Part shown: positions 61,469 through 64,000 of the stretch, piece after piece
How positions within the stretch are numbered: the first letter of the stretch is position 1
Layout: every line of letters begins with the position of its first letter
NCBI RefSeq assembly: GCF_036781545.1
Contig: NZ_DAIQAT010000001.1
Location: forward strand, 49,200-113,199
DNA: 64,000 bases
Direction of reading: 5' to 3'
Origin: Tabrizicola sp.
Lineage (GTDB): Bacteria > Pseudomonadota > Alphaproteobacteria > Rhodobacterales > Rhodobacteraceae
Position numbers and translations under genes: made by a program
Notes under the pieces: model-generated
The model's database searches: none
What the model was told of the DNA's origin: nothing
The model's input: the letters and a program-made list of their open reading frames with translations, nothing else

Positions 61469-61888
61469 CTAGGGGTCAACGCCACCCAGCCGACAGATGA
61501 TCTCCCATTCCTCGGCGCTGACCGGCTGCACCGACAGGCGAGAGTTGTTGACCAGCACCATCTTCTCGAGCCCCGGCGTGACCTTGCACTCCTCCAGGCC
61601 GATCACCCGCTTCAGGGGCTTCACCGCCTTGATCCAGACGCAGTCCCAGCGCGGGTCGTCGGTGGTGCTGTCGGGGCTGCTTTCCCGGCAGACCTCGACG
61701 ATCCCGACCACTTCCTTGCCGATGTTCGAATGGTAGAAGAACCCCCGGTCCCCGATCTTCATCGCCCGCATGTTGTTGCGCGCCTGATAGTTGCGCACGC
61801 CGTGCCATTCCTCGCCCTCATCGCCCTTGGCGACCTGGTGGTCCCAGCCCCAGACATCGGGCTCCGACTTGAAAAGCCAATGGTTCAT
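61469..61888 (-). CDS. EVE domain protein
   Basis: WLFKSEP, GVRNYQARN, FFYHS, SRLSVQPV. Confidence 0.92.
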   Translation of the reverse strand: MNHWLFKSEPDVWGWDHQVAKGDEGEEWHGVRNYQARNNMRAMKIGDRGFFYHSNIGKEVVGIVEVCRESSPDSTTDDPRWDCVWIKAVKPLKRVIGLEECKVTPGLEKMVLVNNSRLSVQPVSAEEWEIICRLGGVDP

Positions 61889-62157
61889 CCGATCACCCGC
61901 TTCCATTCCTGGATCATCACCGACTGGAACAGCCCGGCCTTCGCGTAGGGGTCATCCGCCGCCCAGGCCTCAGCCTCCGTCTTCGAGCCGACGCCCAACA
62001 CCAGAAGGCTGCCGCACATCTGGCCCGCCGCATCGATGAAGGGACCCGCCTGCTCCACCACGCCGGTCTCCTGTATATACGCGAGATGCGCGGCCCGGTT
62101 TTCTACCCGTGTTTGCAGGGCGTTGGGTTTGTCGAGGCAGATCAAGGCGTAACGCAT
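61885..62157 (-). CDS. YciI family protein
   Basis: R.AHL..AGP..GSL..DPYAKAGLF; alternative start at 62163. Confidence 0.9.
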   Translation of the reverse strand: MRYALICLDKPNALQTRVENRAAHLAYIQETGVVEQAGPFIDAAGQMCGSLLVLGVGSKTEAEAWAADDPYAKAGLFQSVMIQEWKRVIG

Positions 62158-62159
62158 GG

Positions 62160-63116
62160 TCATTCCTGTTTCAGGGGCCGGCTCATCAGCAGCCCGATGG
62201 CATCATTCAACGCGATCCGGCCAAGGGCAAGCGCATTGACCATCGCCGTCACCGGCATGTCGATTCCCTTTCCCTCGGCCAGCCTGACGACGGCTCGGGC
62301 GGTGGCCACGCCCTCGACCGTGACCCTGGGGTCGAAAGCCTCGCCCTTGCCCAGGGCGCAGCCAAAGCGGAAGTTGCGCGACTGGGTGGAGGTGCAGGTG
62401 AGCACGAGATCGCCAAAGCCGGAGAGGCCCGACAAGGTTTCGGCCCTTGCGCCCAGAGCTTCCGCCAGCCGCACCATCTCGGCATAGCCGCGCGTCATCA
62501 GTGCCGCCCGGGCGCTGTCGCCAAGTCCCGCGCCGATCACCGTGCCGGCGGCGATGGCGATGACGTTCTTCAGCGCGCCGCCAAGCTCTGCGCCGATCAC
62601 GTCATCGGTCCGGTAAAGCCGCAGCGTGGGGGTGGAGAGCAGCTCCTGCAAGGCCTCGCCCTCGCCCGTGGTGGCCAGCGTCAGCGCCGTCGGCAGACCG
62701 TGCGCGATATCCGCCGCGAAGCTGGGTCCGGTCAGGATCGCCGCCGGCGCCCCCGGGCGACGCGTCTCGATCACCGCGACCGGCCCGCGCAGGGTGGTCA
62801 GATCCACGCCCTTGCAGCAGGCGACCAGCGGCTGCCGTTCGTCTATCTCGGGCCAGGCGTCCAGCGCAGCACCCAGGGCCTGCATCGGCATCGCCAGAAG
62901 CAGCGCCTCTCCAGTGCAGATTTCCCCGATTTCAGCATGAACAGAGACGTTTTCCGGCAGCTCCACCCCCGGCAGCGCGTGGTCGTTCCGCCTTGTCTCG
63001 TGCATCAGCCGCACCTGATCCGGGTCGCGCGCCCAGAGCCTTACCTCGCGCCCGCCCTTCGCCAGAGCCACCGCCAAAGCCGTTCCGAACGCCCCCGCTC
63101 CCGCGATCCCGATCAT
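62160..63116 (-). CDS. gpsA: NAD(P)H-dependent glycerol-3-phosphate dehydrogenase
   Basis: [40 protein letters not shown]. Confidence 0.96.
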   Translation of the reverse strand: MIGIAGAGAFGTALAVALAKGGREVRLWARDPDQVRLMHETRRNDHALPGVELPENVSVHAEIGEICTGEALLLAMPMQALGAALDAWPEIDERQPLVACCKGVDLTTLRGPVAVIETRRPGAPAAILTGPSFAADIAHGLPTALTLATTGEGEALQELLSTPTLRLYRTDDVIGAELGGALKNVIAIAAGTVIGAGLGDSARAALMTRGYAEMVRLAEALGARAETLSGLSGFGDLVLTCTSTQSRNFRFGCALGKGEAFDPRVTVEGVATARAVVRLAEGKGIDMPVTAMVNALALGRIALNDAIGLLMSRPLKQE

Positions 63117-64000
63117 GCCTTGGCCCCCTTCTTGCCCGACCCGAGCAAGGCCGGAGCTCGGTCATCCAGCGGCCAGCGCGGCCGGGCGATGAAATTGGTC
63201 GTGTGCGACAGACCAGCGCGCAACCGCTCGATTCCCGCCCAGGCGATCATTGCCGCGTTGTCGGTGCAAAGCCGCAGCGGGGGAGCGAGGAAGGGCACAC
63301 CGGCACGGGCTGAAACCGTCTCTAACATGGCCCGAATCGTGCTATTCGCGGCCACACCCCCCGCCACCGCAAGGGCAGTGGGCCGCTCGCCCGCCATTTC
63401 CATCGCGCGCGATGTTTTCTTTGCCAGCACCTCCGCCACCGCCGCCTGGAACCCTGCACAGAGGTCGCGACGATCCTGCACCGTGATCCCGCCCTTCTCT
63501 GCCACCAGCGCATCCCGCGCCCGGAGGAGCGCGGTCTTCAGGCCGGAGAAGGACATGTCGCATCCCTCGCGGTCCAGCAGGGGCCGGGGAAACCGGAACC
63601 GCCCGGCATCGCCCAAAGCCGCCTCGGCCTCGACCGAAGGCCCCCCCGGCTGCGGCAGGCCCAGCAGCTTCGCCGTCTTGTCGAACGCCTCACCCGGCGC
63701 ATCGTCGATGGTTCCGCCAAGGCGGGTAAAGCGGTCCACCCCCTGAACCAGCAGGAACTGGCAGTGCCCGCCAGAGACCAGCAACATCAGGTAGGGAAAG
63801 GCAATTCCGTCCGTCAGCCGCGGCGTCAGGGCATGACCGGCAAGGTGGTTCACCGGCACCAGCGGCAGGCCCTTCGCCGCCGCCAGCCCCCGCGCCAGCA
63901 TCACGCCCGACAACACCCCGCCGATCAGCCCCGGCCCCGCCGTCACGGCAATCCCGTCGATCTGGTCCAGCGAGACCCCGGCCACCGTCAGCGCCTCTTC
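63113..64000 (-). CDS. tsaD: tRNA N6-threonylcarbamoyltransferase (5'-truncated by window edge)
   Basis: [50 protein letters not shown]. Confidence 0.96.
   Translation of the reverse strand, partial: EEALTVAGVSLDQIDGIAVTAGPGLIGGVLSGVMLARGLAAAKGLPLVPVNHLAGHALTPRLTDGIAFPYLMLLVSGGHCQFLLVQGVDRFTRLGGTIDDAPGEAFDKTAKLLGLPQPGGPSVEAEAALGDAGRFRFPRPLLDREGCDMSFSGLKTALLRARDALVAEKGGITVQDRRDLCAGFQAAVAEVLAKKTSRAMEMAGERPTALAVAGGVAANSTIRAMLETVSARAGVPFLAPPLRLCTDNAAMIAWAGIERLRAGLSHTTNFIARPRWPLDDRAPALLGSGKKGAKA

Overview
High-GC alphaproteobacterial chromosome segment, most likely Rhodobacteraceae/Paracoccaceae (cenR with a 3'-UTR sRNA, fdsGBACD, argH-lysA-DUF4175, tsaD-gpsA-yciI-EVE synteny). The first ~15.5 kb looks accessory. 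It holds an itaconate/C5-dicarboxylate-type CoA cluster, a 1,430-aa repeat-rich autotransporter-like adhesin, a GntR-controlled dioxygenase/FAH/nitrilase/flavin-reductase operon, cls, DUF2945, DUF488 and an IS6 remnant. The rest is mostly core genes: creatinase, panBC, pheT, lysA, argH, tlpA, xth, cenR, ribA, a GH13 amylosucrase-like gene, NAD-dependent formate dehydrogenase, uvrC, hydroxyproline catabolism, gpsA and tsaD. A RES-Xre toxin-antitoxin pair is inserted among them. Three signals stand out. (1) Six copies of TGTATATACG lie within 58.0-62.1 kb, five of them inside unrelated coding sequences where they force rare codons. (2) An oriC-like intergenic region (DnaA-box-like 9-mers, IHF-like site, GANTC sites) sits upstream of uvrC, just left of that cluster. 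(3) An uncharacterised eight-gene operon (21.2-28.6 kb) combines a long coiled-coil protein, a classical-clade AAA+ ATPase with a DD Walker B, and several membrane proteins, and has a repeat-bounded low-GC cassette slot. No rRNA, tRNA or CRISPR array was seen. All calls come from motif recognition by eye; no searches were run.
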